Shown here piece by piece: positions 1 through 11,184 of a stretch of DNA of 64,000 bases. Each line of letters begins with the position of its first letter. The first letter of the stretch is position 1. The stretch is from a candidate division FCPU426 bacterium (GTDB lineage Bacteria; Oederibacteriota; Muellerivitia; Muellerivitales; Muellerivitaceae). The position numbers and the translations under genes are program-made. The stretch is taken from positions 1 to 64,000 of the forward strand of contig CAWHOE010000057.1 of NCBI GenBank assembly GCA_963830915.1. The letters are read 5' to 3'. The notes under the pieces are model-generated. The model saw only the letters and a program-made list of their open reading frames with translations. It made no database searches and was not told the DNA's origin.

Positions 1-300
1 ACCTGCGAAGCCCTGTGGATGGGCGTGCCGGTGGTCACCTGCCCGGGCGAAACGTTTGCCGGCCGGCATTCGCTCTCCCATCTCTCCAACGTGGGCCTGA
101 CGGAGACCGTCGCCCGCAACCTTGATGAGTACGTCGAGATCGCGGTGGCCCTGGCCCATGATCTGCCGCGGCTGGCAGGCATCCGAGCCCGGCTGCGCCG
201 CAGATGGCCGCCTCGCCCCTGTGCGACGGCCCGCGTTTCGCCGCCAACCTGACCAAGCTGCTGCGCGACGTGTGGCAAGGCTGGTGCCGTGACGGCGCCG
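1..300 (+). CDS. 3' end of O-GlcNAc transferase-like (GT41/SPINDLY) protein, frameshifted
   Basis: TCEALWMGVPVVTCPGETFAGRHSLSHLSNVGL, continuing in another frame as MAASPLCDGPRFAANL; typical GT41 C-terminus. End is approximate. Confidence 0.75.
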
Positions 301-443
301 GCGGCGATGGCCCATCTGGCCGAGCGGCCGGCAGCGACCAGAATAGGGGTCGCCTACAGCCAGCCGCCGTGAGCCCCGATCCCCGGCCTGATCAATGCGG
401 AGACATTTCTGGGATGCACCATGAAATCGCGGAGAAGCCTTTG

Positions 444-2370
444 ATGACCGCAGACGATCTGTACACCCGGGCTCAGGCGGCCTGCAGGCACGGCAGATGG
501 ATCAGGCCTCGCAGATGTTTCACGAATTGGTTCGGCTCCACCCGCGGCATGCCGAGGGCCTCATGGCCTTGGGCACGCTGCTGGCCGAGCAAGGCCAGCT
601 CGAGCAGGCCGTCCAGCGGCTGCAACAGGCGGTCGAGGCCCAGCCCGCCTCGGCCCGGGCCCGGCATAATCTGGGCGTCGGGCTGGGGGTGCTCGGCCGT
701 CTGCATGACGCCCGCGCCCAACTGGAAGAGGCCTTGCGTCTGCAGCCGGATTACCCGGAGGCTCATTACAATCTGGGCAATATCTTGAATAGCCGGGCCG
801 GCCCGACGAGGCGCTGGCCGCCTTCCAGCGGGCCGTGCAGTTGCGGCCGGATTACTTCGAGGCCCTGACCAATGGGGGGCTGGTCCTGCAACGCGCAATG
901 GGCCGAAGAGGCCGTGACCGTGCTGCGGCGAGCGGCCCGGCTCAGGCCCCAGTCGGCCGAAGCCTTCAGCCATTTGGGACTGGCACTGCAGCAGGCGGGG
1001 CACGGGGGCGAAGCCTGGTCCTGCTCCGCCACGCGGTGCGGTTGAATCCCGGCATGCCCCGGCGTTGAGCAACTTGGGCAAGGTGTCGTTTGAATGCGGA
1101 CGTTTGGCGAGGCCGAGCAATACCTGGAGCAAGCCTTGCGCTTGCAGCCGCAAAACGCCGAAATCCACGCCAACCTGGGCTGCTTGTTTCAGGCCCAGGG
1201 CCGCTGGGACGAGGCTCTGGCTGTTTCGCTCTGGCCCTGGACATCGACCCCCACTGCATCTCCGCCCATTTCCACCGCGGCATGACGCTTCTGCAGACGG
1301 GCGACTGGCGGCAGGGATGGGCGGGATTCGAGTATCGCTTCCAACTGAACAAGCAGTCGGAACGCGCTCCGCAGCCGCGTGGAACGGTTCGCCGCTGGCG
1401 GGCCGGACTATTCTGATTTGGGTGGAACAGGGGGTGGGCGATATGATCCACTTCATCCGCTACGCCCGGCTCCTCAAGCAGCAGGGGGCCGCGGTCATCC
1501 TGGAATGTCCTCGGCGGCTGGCGCCCTTGTTCGGCTCCTGCCCGGTATGGACCGGATGATCTCGAGGGAGACACTCGGCCGCGTTCGACGTGCAGGCTCC
1601 GCTGGGGAGCGTGCCGGGCTTGTTGGGCACCACGCCCCACACCATCCCGGCCGGCACTCCCTATTTGACGGCCGAAGCGGAGCGGGTCGAGCGCTGGCGG
1701 CAGCGGTTGGCCCCGGGCGGCGCCTGCGCGTGGGGATCGCCTGGCAAGGCAATCCGCAGCACGCCCAAGATCGCTGGCGGTCGGCGCCACTGGACGAATT
1801 CGCTCCCCTGGCAACCGTGCCCGGCGTCGAATTGATCAGTCTGCAGCAGGGCCCCGGAACCGAGCAACTTGATGCCCCGGACGGCCGTTTGCCATTGTCA
1901 GGTAGCCGAAGGAGCCCTCGACGGCCCGGACGCGGCCTTCTTGGACTCTGCCGCGCTGATGAAGTGCCTTGACCTGGTGGTCAGCGTCGACACGGCCTTG
2001 GGGCATTTGGCGGGGGCGCTGGACGTGCCGGTGTGGCTGGCCTTGTCGGCGCAGCCCGACTGGCGTTGGGGGAGGCGAGGGGAGCGAATCCGCATGGTAC
2101 CCCAGCATGCGGCTCTTCCGGCAGCAGGAACTGGGCCGATGGTCCGACGTTTTCGAGCGGATGACGCGGGAACTTCTCGGCCCGGACCACCTCGCCCGGG
2201 CCACCTCGCACCGGCGAATGACCTTTGTCGGCCCGGAAAGAGGCCAGTCCCCGGCCGCCCCGCCAGCGGTGACGCCGCTCTCCGGCAGGCCGATGTCAGA
2301 AAAAACGTTTCTTTTTTGGTTTACGATGCGCGGGCTTTGCCAACATGAAGCTAGTGAAGAACTGCCTTGA
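444..2370 (+). CDS. TPR-repeat protein with C-terminal GT9-like glycosyltransferase domain, many frameshifts
   Basis: TPR fragments (ARHNLGVGLG, AHYNLGNIL, IHANLGCLF), then EQGVGDMIHFIRY, VGIAWQGNP, LDLVVSVDTALGHLAGALDVPVW and WYPSMRLFRQ spread over several frames; GGAGA RBS at 431. Confidence 0.75.
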
Positions 2371-2610
2371 TGGCCTTGTGCTGCGTCGCGATTGCCCCCC
2401 GCACCCCAAGCCGGCAAGAAAGGACTTCGGTTCTCGTTCGGCGGTCGGCACGGCAGAGCCGTTACCACACCTGCGGGTTGTGTACATTCCCCAACTGATG
2501 AATTACATTGTGAATAGTTTGGACACCCTGAGAGAGGGGTGTGTCTAGAGCCGATTGGTGCGCTGCGGCGGTGGGCAAGTTGAACCCCAGGCACGATCCG
2601 GGAGGTGACC

Positions 2611-4927
2611 GTGAACTTGCGAAAATTCTGGCGTTCGTTAGTTCGCTCTGCCCGCCGGTCGAAGCGGAAGCCGATGGCCCGCCGCAGGCTAGGCATGGAG
2701 TTGCTCGAAGAGCGAATGCTCCTGGCCGCGCAGCCGACCTTAACGACGCTCAGCGCGTCGCCGGCCTCGGCGGCCGTTGGCCAGTCGGTGGTGTTGACGG
2801 CCAGCGTCGTGCTGGCCGCGCCTAGCACCGGCCCGGCCACCGCCGGCAGCGTCACGTTCGACTACGGCAGCAGCGTGCTGGGCACCGTTGGCTCGCCTCC
2901 GCCGGCACGGCCCAGCTTACCACGTCGGCGTCGGTGCTGGGCTCGCAGGTGTTCACGGCCAGCTATGGCGGCGACGGTGTCAACTTCGCCGCCAGCAGTA
3001 CCGTGATTGGGCTGAACTCGGTCATCAACACCGTGGCCGGCAACGGCACCGAAGGTTCCAGCGGCGATACCGGCCCAGCCACGGCCGCCGAGATCAAATT
3101 CCCCTATGGTGTGGCCACGGACGCCGCCGGCGACATCTTCATCGCCGATACCGGGAACAACCGCATCCGCGAGGTCAATCACACCACCGGCAACATCACC
3201 ACCGTGGCCGGCAACGGCACGGCGGGCTACAGCGGCGATAACGGGCCGGCCACCGCCGCCGAGTTGAACCTCCCGGAAGGCGTCCGGTGGACGCCGCCGG
3301 GGACATCTTCATTGCCGACACCGACAACAACCGCCTCCGCGAGGTCAATCACGCCACCGGCATCATCACCACCGTCGCCGGTAACGCCACCGGCGGCTAT
3401 AACGGCACTCCGGCCCGGCGACCGCCGTTGAATTGAGCTCCCCGGCGGCGTCGCCGCGGACGCCTCGGAGACATCTTCATCGCCGACACCGACAACCAGC
3501 GGATTCGCGAGGTGAATCTGTCCACCGGCGTAATCTACCACCGTGGCCGGCAACGGCCGGCGGTACGGCGGCGATAACGGCCCGGCCACCGCCGCCGACC
3601 TGACGTCCCCCGCAGGCGTCGCGGTAGATGCGCCGGGAAACCTCTTCTCGCCGACTCGGTCAACAACCGGTCCGCGAGGTCAATCACGTCACCGGCAACA
3701 TCGCCACCGTCGCCGGCAATGGCACGCCGGGCGGCAGCGGCGATAACGGTCCGGCCACCGCCGCCGAGCTGAACTGGCCATCAGGTGCGCGCTGGACGCC
3801 GCGGGGGACATTTTCATCGCCGATAAGTAACAACGGGCGGATCCGCCAGGTGGAACCAGGCCACTGGCAATAATCACGACCGTTGCCGGCGGTGGCAGCC
3901 TAGGGGCTCCTGGGGCGACGGGGTCCTGCCACCGCCGGTGAACTGAACGAGCCTTATAGTGTGGCGGTGGACGCCGCGGGGGACGTCTATAATCGCCGAC
4001 TACACCAACGACCGCATCCGCGAGGCGGCCAGCGGCGCCACGGCGGTGACCGTCACCCCGCTGGCGGACACGGTGAGCTTGCAGTGGCCGGCGGCCGCAG
4101 TGCGCTGAGCCTGACGGACACCACGGCCGGTGCCACCCCCGCCATCAGCATCTCGGAGCCGTCGCCCAATATCAGCCTGCTCCAGATCAATCTGGCTCGC
4201 CGGCTACGCCTTCGCCGGCAACTCGACGGCATGGGCCACGGGCTTGACGTACCAAAACGCCGGCTCGCCCGCCACGTCGCAATACGCCACCATCGACATC
4301 AGCCTGGCCAACAACGTCACGCGCTGGCGGCGGCCCTGCCCGGCGATACGCTCACGCTGGGACCGATTCGCGATCTCGAGGCGGCCTGGGCAGCCTTACG
4401 GCCATGCCGGCACGATCAATGTCGCGGGGGTCGACACCTATAACGCCAACGGCAGCGTCAGCCTGGCGGCGAGCGGCAACCTCACGGTCAATGGCCGGCG
4501 CCACCGTCCAGACCGGCATGGGCACGATCACCCTGGGCGGCCGACGTCAACGCCAACGGCACGGGGAACAACGGCACGGGAGTGCTTTCCATCAACGCGG
4601 GGGCCACCGTCACCTCGACCAACACCACGGCCGACGCCATCACGCTGCGGGGGGCCAGCGTCAACATCGACACCAGCAGCAATCCGGCCGTCGCGGCGCA
4701 AACGCGCCTTCTTCAGTACCACGCCCACCGCCACGCTCACTGGGCTGAACGGTCCTATCGCTTTGGCGTTCGACGGCAGTGGCAATCTATACGTGGGCAG
4801 CTCGGGTAACAGTACGGTGAGCAAGTTCGCTCCCGGGAGCACCACGCCCAGTGCCACCCTTACTGGGTTAAGCAATCCTCATAACCTTGGATTCGATGCC
4901 AACGGAAACCTGTACGTGGTCACAAAC
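2611..4927 (+). CDS. Planctomycete-type extracellular protein (LEERMLLA motif, Ig-like domain, NHL repeats), frameshifted and truncated at the junction
   Basis: GGAGG at 2601, GTG 2611; RRLGMELLEERMLLA; TTLSASPASAAVGQSVVLTASV; repeated VAGNG..G.SGD.GPATAAEL..P.GVA.D. Confidence 0.75.
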
Positions 4928-5087
4928 CCGGCGTCAAGGTCGGGGTCTGGGTAAAACTAGAGGTGGCCGTCGGGTTATTCGGGGTCGTGGGCGAGGACGG
5001 ACTACCGCTTTTGGAACAAGCGGTATGTACAACTAATCCTAAAACCATCAATCCCACCATCACCATGCGATAACCCAATGTTTTCAT
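4920..5087 (-). pseudogene. Truncated lipoprotein (signal peptide plus start of Thr/Pro stalk only, 55 aa)
   Basis: Read manually: MKTLGYRMVMVGLMVLGLVVHTAC-SKSGSPSSPTTPNNPTATSSFTQTPTLTPGL*; AGGTGAGG RBS; the stop lies in the adjacent GC-rich segment. Confidence 0.75.
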
Positions 5088-5121
5088 ATTTTCCTCACCT
5101 TTTTTTGTTTACGCCTTCAAC

Positions 5122-5157
5122 AAAAATAAGGCGTCCCCTGAAAGTCCAGGGGACGCC
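5122..5157 (-). terminator. Rho-independent terminator
   Basis: GGCGTCCCCTG/CAGGGGACGCC stem with T-rich tail on the minus strand, after the 5190-6470 gene. Confidence 0.75.
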
Positions 5158-5189
5158 GGTCCACACGCTCTAATAAGAAGCCTATAAAA

Positions 5190-6470
5190 TTATGGTTCCA
5201 AACTCGTGTTCTGATTGTTTTGGTGTAGTTTGGGCCAATGGGACGTGCTCGACAACCCGCTGGAACCCTGGACCGCGTAAAGTGTCCCGTTCTGCGCCCC
5301 GACGTAGACCATGCCGGTGCTGGAAATGGCCGGGGAAGAATTCACCACTCCTCCCAGGGTACAGGTCCAGGAAACGCCGCCGTTCGGCGTGATGGCGTAA
5401 AGTTTGTCGTCACCCGAACCGACATAGATCACCCCATCGCTTCCCACGGCCGGCGAGGACTTGACCGCCCCGCCCGTCGTGACCGCCCAGGAAAGCGACC
5501 CGTCGCTCGTCTTGAGGGCGTAAATATTATCGTCATTCGACCCGACATAAAGGGTTTTGCCATCCCCGCTCAAGGCAGGGCTAGAATACACGGTGCTCCC
5601 GGTGGTGTAGCTCCACTTCAGACTGCCGGAGGAACTGACCGCGTACACTTTGTCGTCGCACGAGCCGAAATAAACAGTCCCATCCGACCCGATCGCCATG
5701 GAGGAATAGATGCCATTGCCGGTCGCGTAAGACCAGCGATAAGCTCCCGCGGATGTCACCGAAATGAGGCTGTAATCCAAGGAACCGTAATAAAGGTTGC
5801 CCGAAGCGTCCATCACAGGCGACCCCCAAATGGAATTACTGTCCGCGCTATAGGACCAGAGGGTCACCCCGGTGGATTTGTTGAAGGCGTACAAGGTGCC
5901 GTTATAGTCCCCGGCGTATACCGTTGTCCCCGAACTGCCGATGACCGCTGAGGTACCCACCGGGTCCCAAGTGGTAGGGGTGGGGTCCATCTGGGTTGAC
6001 CAGATCGTGACCCCTGTGGAACCGTTCACTGCGTCCAGGAAGGCGTAGTTACCTGAACCCATGTAAACCGTTCCGTCCGAACCCACCGAGGGGGACTGGG
6101 ACAAATAATCATCATTATAGTTCGGAGCGACATAAGTCCATTGGGACACCCCGGCGGAAGTCACGCAAACCAGACCGGTCGTCGTTCCGATATAGATCTT
6201 GGACCCATCCGGGCTCAAGGCGGGGCTGGAGATGCCGATATAGCTTCCGATACTGGTCGACCAGCCTGGAGTGGCGATTGCGGGTGTAGCGGTCATGGTC
6301 GGGGTTGAGGTAATGGACGGTGTGTTCGTTATCACCGGTGTGGAAGTCGCTTTTACGGATGCCAGAGGCAGGGCCGGGTTGTCGTTCTTCGAACAGCTCA
6401 CCAAAACCAATCCAACGCTCAGGACCATACCAACCAAAATGGACATTTTCCTCATGATGCTCTTACTCAT
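5190..6470 (-). CDS. PQQ-like (BamB-type) beta-propeller lipoprotein
   Basis: LVSC lipobox, short Thr/Pro linker, repeated W.Y.TG..V.SSPA.G.DG.VY.GS.D..LYA, C-terminal WPKLHQNNQNT. Confidence 0.85.
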   Translation of the reverse strand: MSKSIMRKMSILVGMVLSVGLVLVSCSKNDNPALPLASVKATSTPVITNTPSITSTPTMTATPAIATPGWSTSIGSYIGISSPALSPDGSKIYIGTTTGLVCVTSAGVSQWTYVAPNYNDDYLSQSPSVGSDGTVYMGSGNYAFLDAVNGSTGVTIWSTQMDPTPTTWDPVGTSAVIGSSGTTVYAGDYNGTLYAFNKSTGVTLWSYSADSNSIWGSPVMDASGNLYYGSLDYSLISVTSAGAYRWSYATGNGIYSSMAIGSDGTVYFGSCDDKVYAVSSSGSLKWSYTTGSTVYSSPALSGDGKTLYVGSNDDNIYALKTSDGSLSWAVTTGGAVKSSPAVGSDGVIYVGSGDDKLYAITPNGGVSWTCTLGGVVNSSPAISSTGMVYVGAQNGTLYAVQGSSGLSSTSHWPKLHQNNQNTSLEP

Positions 6471-6521
6471 AATTTTCTCTCCTAATTGTTAGACTTCGTT
6501 AAAAGGTGAATCGACCCTGGC

Positions 6522-7055
6522 TCAAAGACCCGCGCGCACCCCTAAAACCAACGGAATATCCTGGCCGGTAGCCGTTCCGTTAGGGCTATCGGAAATCAGC
6601 AGGTTCCATTTACCTTCCAAAAACAAACTCGTTTTGGCGCAGAGCGGGGTTTCCACTCCCAAACCGCCGTCCACATCCCAGTTGGTCTGGGACGCGCCGG
6701 ACACGAACTCGCAATCCAAGCCTGTCCCCACTAATACGTAGAACTTGAGGGAATCGCCTGCCGGTATGGAATATTTGATCTCAGGCAGGAACCGAAGAGA
6801 GGTATCGCTGACCTTCCCCAAAGGAGAAGTCCCGGCGAAATAATAGTTATCGATGTCCAGTTGGACCGACCAGGTAGTATCCAGGTTATAGCCCGCGAAT
6901 ACTTTTCCGCCTCCGCCGAGGCTGTAAGCTTTCTGCCAATTCTGGACAGGAGCGTCCATACCCCCGCCAATACCAACGTAAAGGGGATTGTCCTGCGCCA
7001 TCACCCCAGTGGTGGATAATCCTAACAGGATCAGTAAACACCAGATCGTTTTCAT
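6522..7055 (-). CDS. Small outer-membrane beta-barrel protein
   Basis: Signal peptide; alternating strands GGGGKVFAGYNL, KFYVLVGTGLD, GGLGVE, LVLGVRAGL. Confidence 0.7.
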   Translation of the reverse strand: MKTIWCLLILLGLSTTGVMAQDNPLYVGIGGGMDAPVQNWQKAYSLGGGGKVFAGYNLDTTWSVQLDIDNYYFAGTSPLGKVSDTSLRFLPEIKYSIPAGDSLKFYVLVGTGLDCEFVSGASQTNWDVDGGLGVETPLCAKTSLFLEGKWNLLISDSPNGTATGQDIPLVLGVRAGL

Positions 7056-7535
7056 AAAGGACCTCTTTTTAAAAAATTTTCGTATAAACCATCATATCGA
7101 TAAGTCTTTTTACCAAAACACTTTGTAAGTTTATACCGCCCGAATTTAGGGACCCGTATGACAAGGGTCATAACTGAGGGCCAGATCCTCCTATTTAACG
7201 TGGTTTTTTCATGGTTGTTGGGACGGATGCCAAAGGGTAGTAATGATGCAACGACCTCCAGCCCCAGAGACATCAGGCGGAGTAAAATTTTCGTGTGGGA
7301 AAAGGGGAGAAGAAATCGCCCAAACGCGAGGTGTTCTGAAATGTGGTGAAAGCCCAAGAACAAAGTTGGGCACTTTGCCCCAGTTCATAAAAGCCTAAAA
7401 TAAGGCCGAATAGGTACCAACGAGTTGTTGACAAGCTTATCGTGCGGGAATAGCATCGAAAAAGTCAGCAGGGGAGGCGTCCGGCGGGGTTCTTACCATC
7501 TTCGGAACGCAATAAAGCTTATCCGGAGGCTTCCC

Positions 7536-9008
7536 GTGCGCTTATTCGATCGCTCATGTTTAAAATCCATCCTTTTCTTTCTGTCCCTTGTCATCATCCC
7601 AGCCTTATTCGTTTCCTGCGGCAGCAAAAGCCCCAGCGGTCCCACGAGCGGAGGGCCCTCATCCTCTCCCACTCCCGTCAACACCGCCACATTCACCGCC
7701 ACGGTTTGCGGCGCGAGCCTTTCGTCCTCCTATACCTTTGATACGGATACCCAATGCTGGGGGATCATTGGCGGGACTGTAGCAGGGTCCGCCTTACTGG
7801 CTGATCCGACGATCTACCATGGCACTCCCGATTCGTTGAAAGCGGAGATACCCATAGCCTCCACCAGCGATTCCGAGAAGTTTGGTTTGACGTTCACAAC
7901 GCCCGTCAACGTGCCCAACGGCACCACTTTCAGCTTTTGGTACCTGACCTCCACCAACACCACCTCCGGAAGCCTGGCGCTCTGGTATCTCACGACCGAA
8001 GGGAACGCTTACAATAGCCCGAACATTCCTTTCGCGACTTCCTGGACCCAGTACGATGTGACGATGAATCCCGGGGGTTACCCGGTCTCCCAGATCTATT
8101 TCAATGTCGCGGGCAACGGCACCCTGTCCACACCCGTCACCCTTTGGATCGACAGCGTGAGTGTCAACCTTGGTACATCCCCCACCCCGACCCCGACCTT
8201 CACCTACACTTCCGTTCCCGCTACCAGTCCCACACCGACTTTCACGGATACCACCGTTCCAGTGGCCACAAATACCTTCACATCCGTCCCGTCCATTACC
8301 AGCACGTACACTTTCACCCACACACCCACCAACAGTTTTACTTATACCTCCACCCCTCTCGTTTCTCCCACCGCCACCTATACGGCCATTGTCACCTCCA
8401 CCCCGACCGCCATCACCATCCCTCCCACCGGGGTCTATTTCATGGGTTCGATCACCTATGGCATCAATAACGACAGCCTGGTGGTGCCCAGCACGGCCAC
8501 GACGATCCTGGATTTCATCGTCGACGTCTGGTCCAACGGCGTCACGGTCTCCAACGCGGGGGTAACCATTACGGACCCCGATACCACCCAAACGACCGTG
8601 CCTTATTTCAAACCAATGACCATCAACGGTGTGGTCTGCGACGAATACTTGGTATCGCCTTCTTCCATTTCCACCAGCGGGACTTTCAACATAACGGTCA
8701 AGACCGCCGCTGGGACCGCCACCGCCTCGGTGGACGCTGTCACCGGGTCTTCCGACCTGGCCACAGGCGACCTGGTCGCCAGTTGGACGAACGCGGGCCA
8801 GCAAAACAACGTTTTTGTCGACGGGTCAGCAGGACTTTTGTTCTCCCAGACATCCGCGACCTCTCCTACCGACATCCCGTCGAGCGTTTACACGTCAGGG
8901 GACGCTTACACCGTTTCCATCCAGCGGTTCAACAGCACCACGACGGTCTCCGGCGGGGCGGGATTGTTCACTTATGAGCAAACCACGGATTACGACTTCT
9001 ACTATTGA
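7536..9008 (+). CDS. Lipoprotein with CBM/galactose-binding-like domain and Thr/Pro stalk
   Basis: GGAGG then GTG 7536 (in frame with ORF 7425); FVSC lipobox; YTFDTD..W...TLWIDSVSV jelly-roll-like pattern. Confidence 0.7.
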   Translation: MRLFDRSCLKSILFFLSLVIIPALFVSCGSKSPSGPTSGGPSSSPTPVNTATFTATVCGASLSSSYTFDTDTQCWGIIGGTVAGSALLADPTIYHGTPDSLKAEIPIASTSDSEKFGLTFTTPVNVPNGTTFSFWYLTSTNTTSGSLALWYLTTEGNAYNSPNIPFATSWTQYDVTMNPGGYPVSQIYFNVAGNGTLSTPVTLWIDSVSVNLGTSPTPTPTFTYTSVPATSPTPTFTDTTVPVATNTFTSVPSITSTYTFTHTPTNSFTYTSTPLVSPTATYTAIVTSTPTAITIPPTGVYFMGSITYGINNDSLVVPSTATTILDFIVDVWSNGVTVSNAGVTITDPDTTQTTVPYFKPMTINGVVCDEYLVSPSSISTSGTFNITVKTAAGTATASVDAVTGSSDLATGDLVASWTNAGQQNNVFVDGSAGLLFSQTSATSPTDIPSSVYTSGDAYTVSIQRFNSTTTVSGGAGLFTYEQTTDYDFYY

Positions 9009-9095
9009 GCGGGGAAGAAGCCAGGCAAGGACTCCACAAGGTCAGTCGGCTGATTTTTAACCAGTTTTCGGCAAATTGTTGCGTTCATTTTGGAT

Positions 9096-9125
9096 GGAAT
9101 AAAAAGGTGTTTTTAAAGTCTTATA
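9096..9125 (+). promoter_or_regulatory. Putative ECF-sigma promoter GGAATA-N16-GTCTTATA (copy 1)
   Basis: Same boxes and spacing recur at 60850 and 62174, each upstream of an exported-protein gene. Confidence 0.55.
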
Positions 9126-9199
9126 TAAGAGAAGTCAGTCATTCGGATCGGTCAGTGGGGCAAATCAGCTGAACAAAACATATTTAAAGGAGCGAGCTC

Positions 9200-9520
9200 T
9201 TGAAAAGTACATTCCTGGCTTTGGGTTTATGTTGCGGTTTCATCCTGGCGGGTTGCGCGACGAACGGGCCCATCCAGGGAGGTCTTTTCACCAGTGTTTA
9301 CGGTCCCGTGGCGGCCACGCCCTATCCCATCACCGCGAATCCAAAAGTGGGGACTGGGTCAACGGCCTGCATCCTTGGCCTATTCTCGGTAGGGGACGCC
9401 AGCATCCACACGGCCTGCGCCCAGGCCGGGATCACCAAGATCCAACATATCGATTATCAAACCACGACCGTTCTCTTCGGTCTTTTCTCCAGCTACAAAA
9501 TAATCGTCTACGGCGAATAA
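9200..9520 (+). CDS. TRL-like family lipoprotein
   Basis: LAGC lipobox; KVG...ACILGLFSVGDASIHTACAQAGITKIQHIDY...IVYGE. Confidence 0.8.
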   Translation: MKSTFLALGLCCGFILAGCATNGPIQGGLFTSVYGPVAATPYPITANPKVGTGSTACILGLFSVGDASIHTACAQAGITKIQHIDYQTTTVLFGLFSSYKIIVYGE

Positions 9521-9527
9521 ACCCGCC

Positions 9528-10700
9528 ATGAAACCGTTAACGCTTATCTCAGCGATGGTTTGCGCCTGCTTTTTTTCCTGTCGGGCCTATGGGGCCGACC
9601 CGGTCTTGGATTTCTACAAGCAGGGCATGACCTATTACCAACAAAAGGACTATGTCCAGGCGGAGAAGTTCTTCCAACTGGCCGCCCAGATGAACCCGCA
9701 GGATTGGAAAGCGGTCCAGATGGAAGGGTACTGCGAGACGATGCAGGGGCACCGGGACCTGGCGATACAAGATTACGAGAAAAGCCTTCAGATCAACCCC
9801 GTAAACCCAACCTTAAGCAAATATGTGGAAAGCCTTCGGCCCACCGGTGCCACAACCCTGCCGGAGAATTACATCTGGGACCCGGCGGTGGATCCTTACC
9901 CTAAATACACTGGCTTCACCACGCCCCTGGCCAAACCGGAAATACCTGTCTGCCCTCATGTTTACCTGACCGCGGCCTATGTCTGGGGAATGGACAGCCT
10001 GCAATGCGACGCCGTCAATGGCGATCTGGAATATGCCGGTAATTACGTGGACAACAGCACCTATACCTCGTTCCGCGTGCCGCTCAGACTCCATTTCCAA
10101 CTGGACCCGTTGGTTTCCATCGCTTTGGGGACGGATATCTGGCCGTCGCTCACGAATACCGCCTCCGGCGGCAGTACCGAAGCCTATCCTTTTGACAACA
10201 CGACCTATATCTACACTGAACATAAAACGGGAGAAGTGGATATGACCCCCCTCTCACTGGGCCTTTACCTACACTCCTGGGGCAAGGATATTTCGTTCGA
10301 GTACGGTGTCAACCTCACAGCCATCTATTTCCAGGCGAAAGGCCATGATGACTCTCTGGATCAATATATCGACACTGCCTTCCCAAGCGAAAACGAAAAT
10401 CAAGAGACCATCACCGACTCAAATGAAACGGGGTGGACTTTGGGAGCTTCCGCGGAAGTGAACATGGTCGTGAAAGTGACCCCTCAGATCGGGCTGTTCA
10501 TTACGGCCGAAGGTCACGGCTTTCCCCCTTGGGCCGGCCAGGATGGTTTCGCGACCTTAACCCAAACTACCGTTGCGAATGATACCTACCCTGGTTTTCC
10601 CGCTGAAGATTATCACAACAAATACACTTACTCCTATCCAGCCGATACCATGAGCTTGGTCGGCTTCTCGTTAGGGTTCGGCATCCAGGGTGGTTTTTGA
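9528..10700 (+). CDS. TPR protein with probable C-terminal outer-membrane barrel
   Basis: Signal peptide, two TPRs, amphipathic strands ending GFSLGFGIQGGF. Confidence 0.65.
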   Translation: MKPLTLISAMVCACFFSCRAYGADPVLDFYKQGMTYYQQKDYVQAEKFFQLAAQMNPQDWKAVQMEGYCETMQGHRDLAIQDYEKSLQINPVNPTLSKYVESLRPTGATTLPENYIWDPAVDPYPKYTGFTTPLAKPEIPVCPHVYLTAAYVWGMDSLQCDAVNGDLEYAGNYVDNSTYTSFRVPLRLHFQLDPLVSIALGTDIWPSLTNTASGGSTEAYPFDNTTYIYTEHKTGEVDMTPLSLGLYLHSWGKDISFEYGVNLTAIYFQAKGHDDSLDQYIDTAFPSENENQETITDSNETGWTLGASAEVNMVVKVTPQIGLFITAEGHGFPPWAGQDGFATLTQTTVANDTYPGFPAEDYHNKYTYSYPADTMSLVGFSLGFGIQGGF

Positions 10701-11184
10701 TTTAAAATATTCATAGGATTGATTGGTGCGTATCCGTAACTGGTCACGACCAATGAAAAACGGAGTCCGCTTGAACAATCGCATTGAAGAGGTCAGGCCC
10801 AAGTTATCCATTGATAAAGTGGAAAAATATTGGAAGCCCTATTCATCCACGAAACCGGTTGCGATCATGCAGGGAATATCGCATGAGGACATTTCAGTTT
10901 CGCGGATCAGACCGTTGTTCTGAAAGACCCATCCTTTCTCACATCTCACTCTTTTTGTTCGTTTTCTTCGTTTTCCCCGATAGTGATAAAACTTTCGCCA
11001 AAGGTGTATTTACTATTTAAGGGGTTTGCTAGTATGTGGCCTGTCGCCCATCGACCTTGAAGGGTCGAATGTCCAAGAAGTGGGAGTTGGCCATGCGATC
11101 GTCTGGATTTTGGGTATTTGGCGTTATTCCGGAAGCCTATGGGACCTTTGATGTCCGCATTATCGGTCCCCAAGGCGAACCTGG

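Noticed and set aside
1..4927. Genuine pseudogenisation or programmed frameshifting
   Set aside because: Indels are dense and scattered while the protein motifs remain intact, as expected from low-coverage long-read error.
9007..9030. GAGCGGGGAAGAAG.C.GGCAA shared with ~24828
   Set aside because: Only two short copies with no clear structure or consistent position; insufficient to call.
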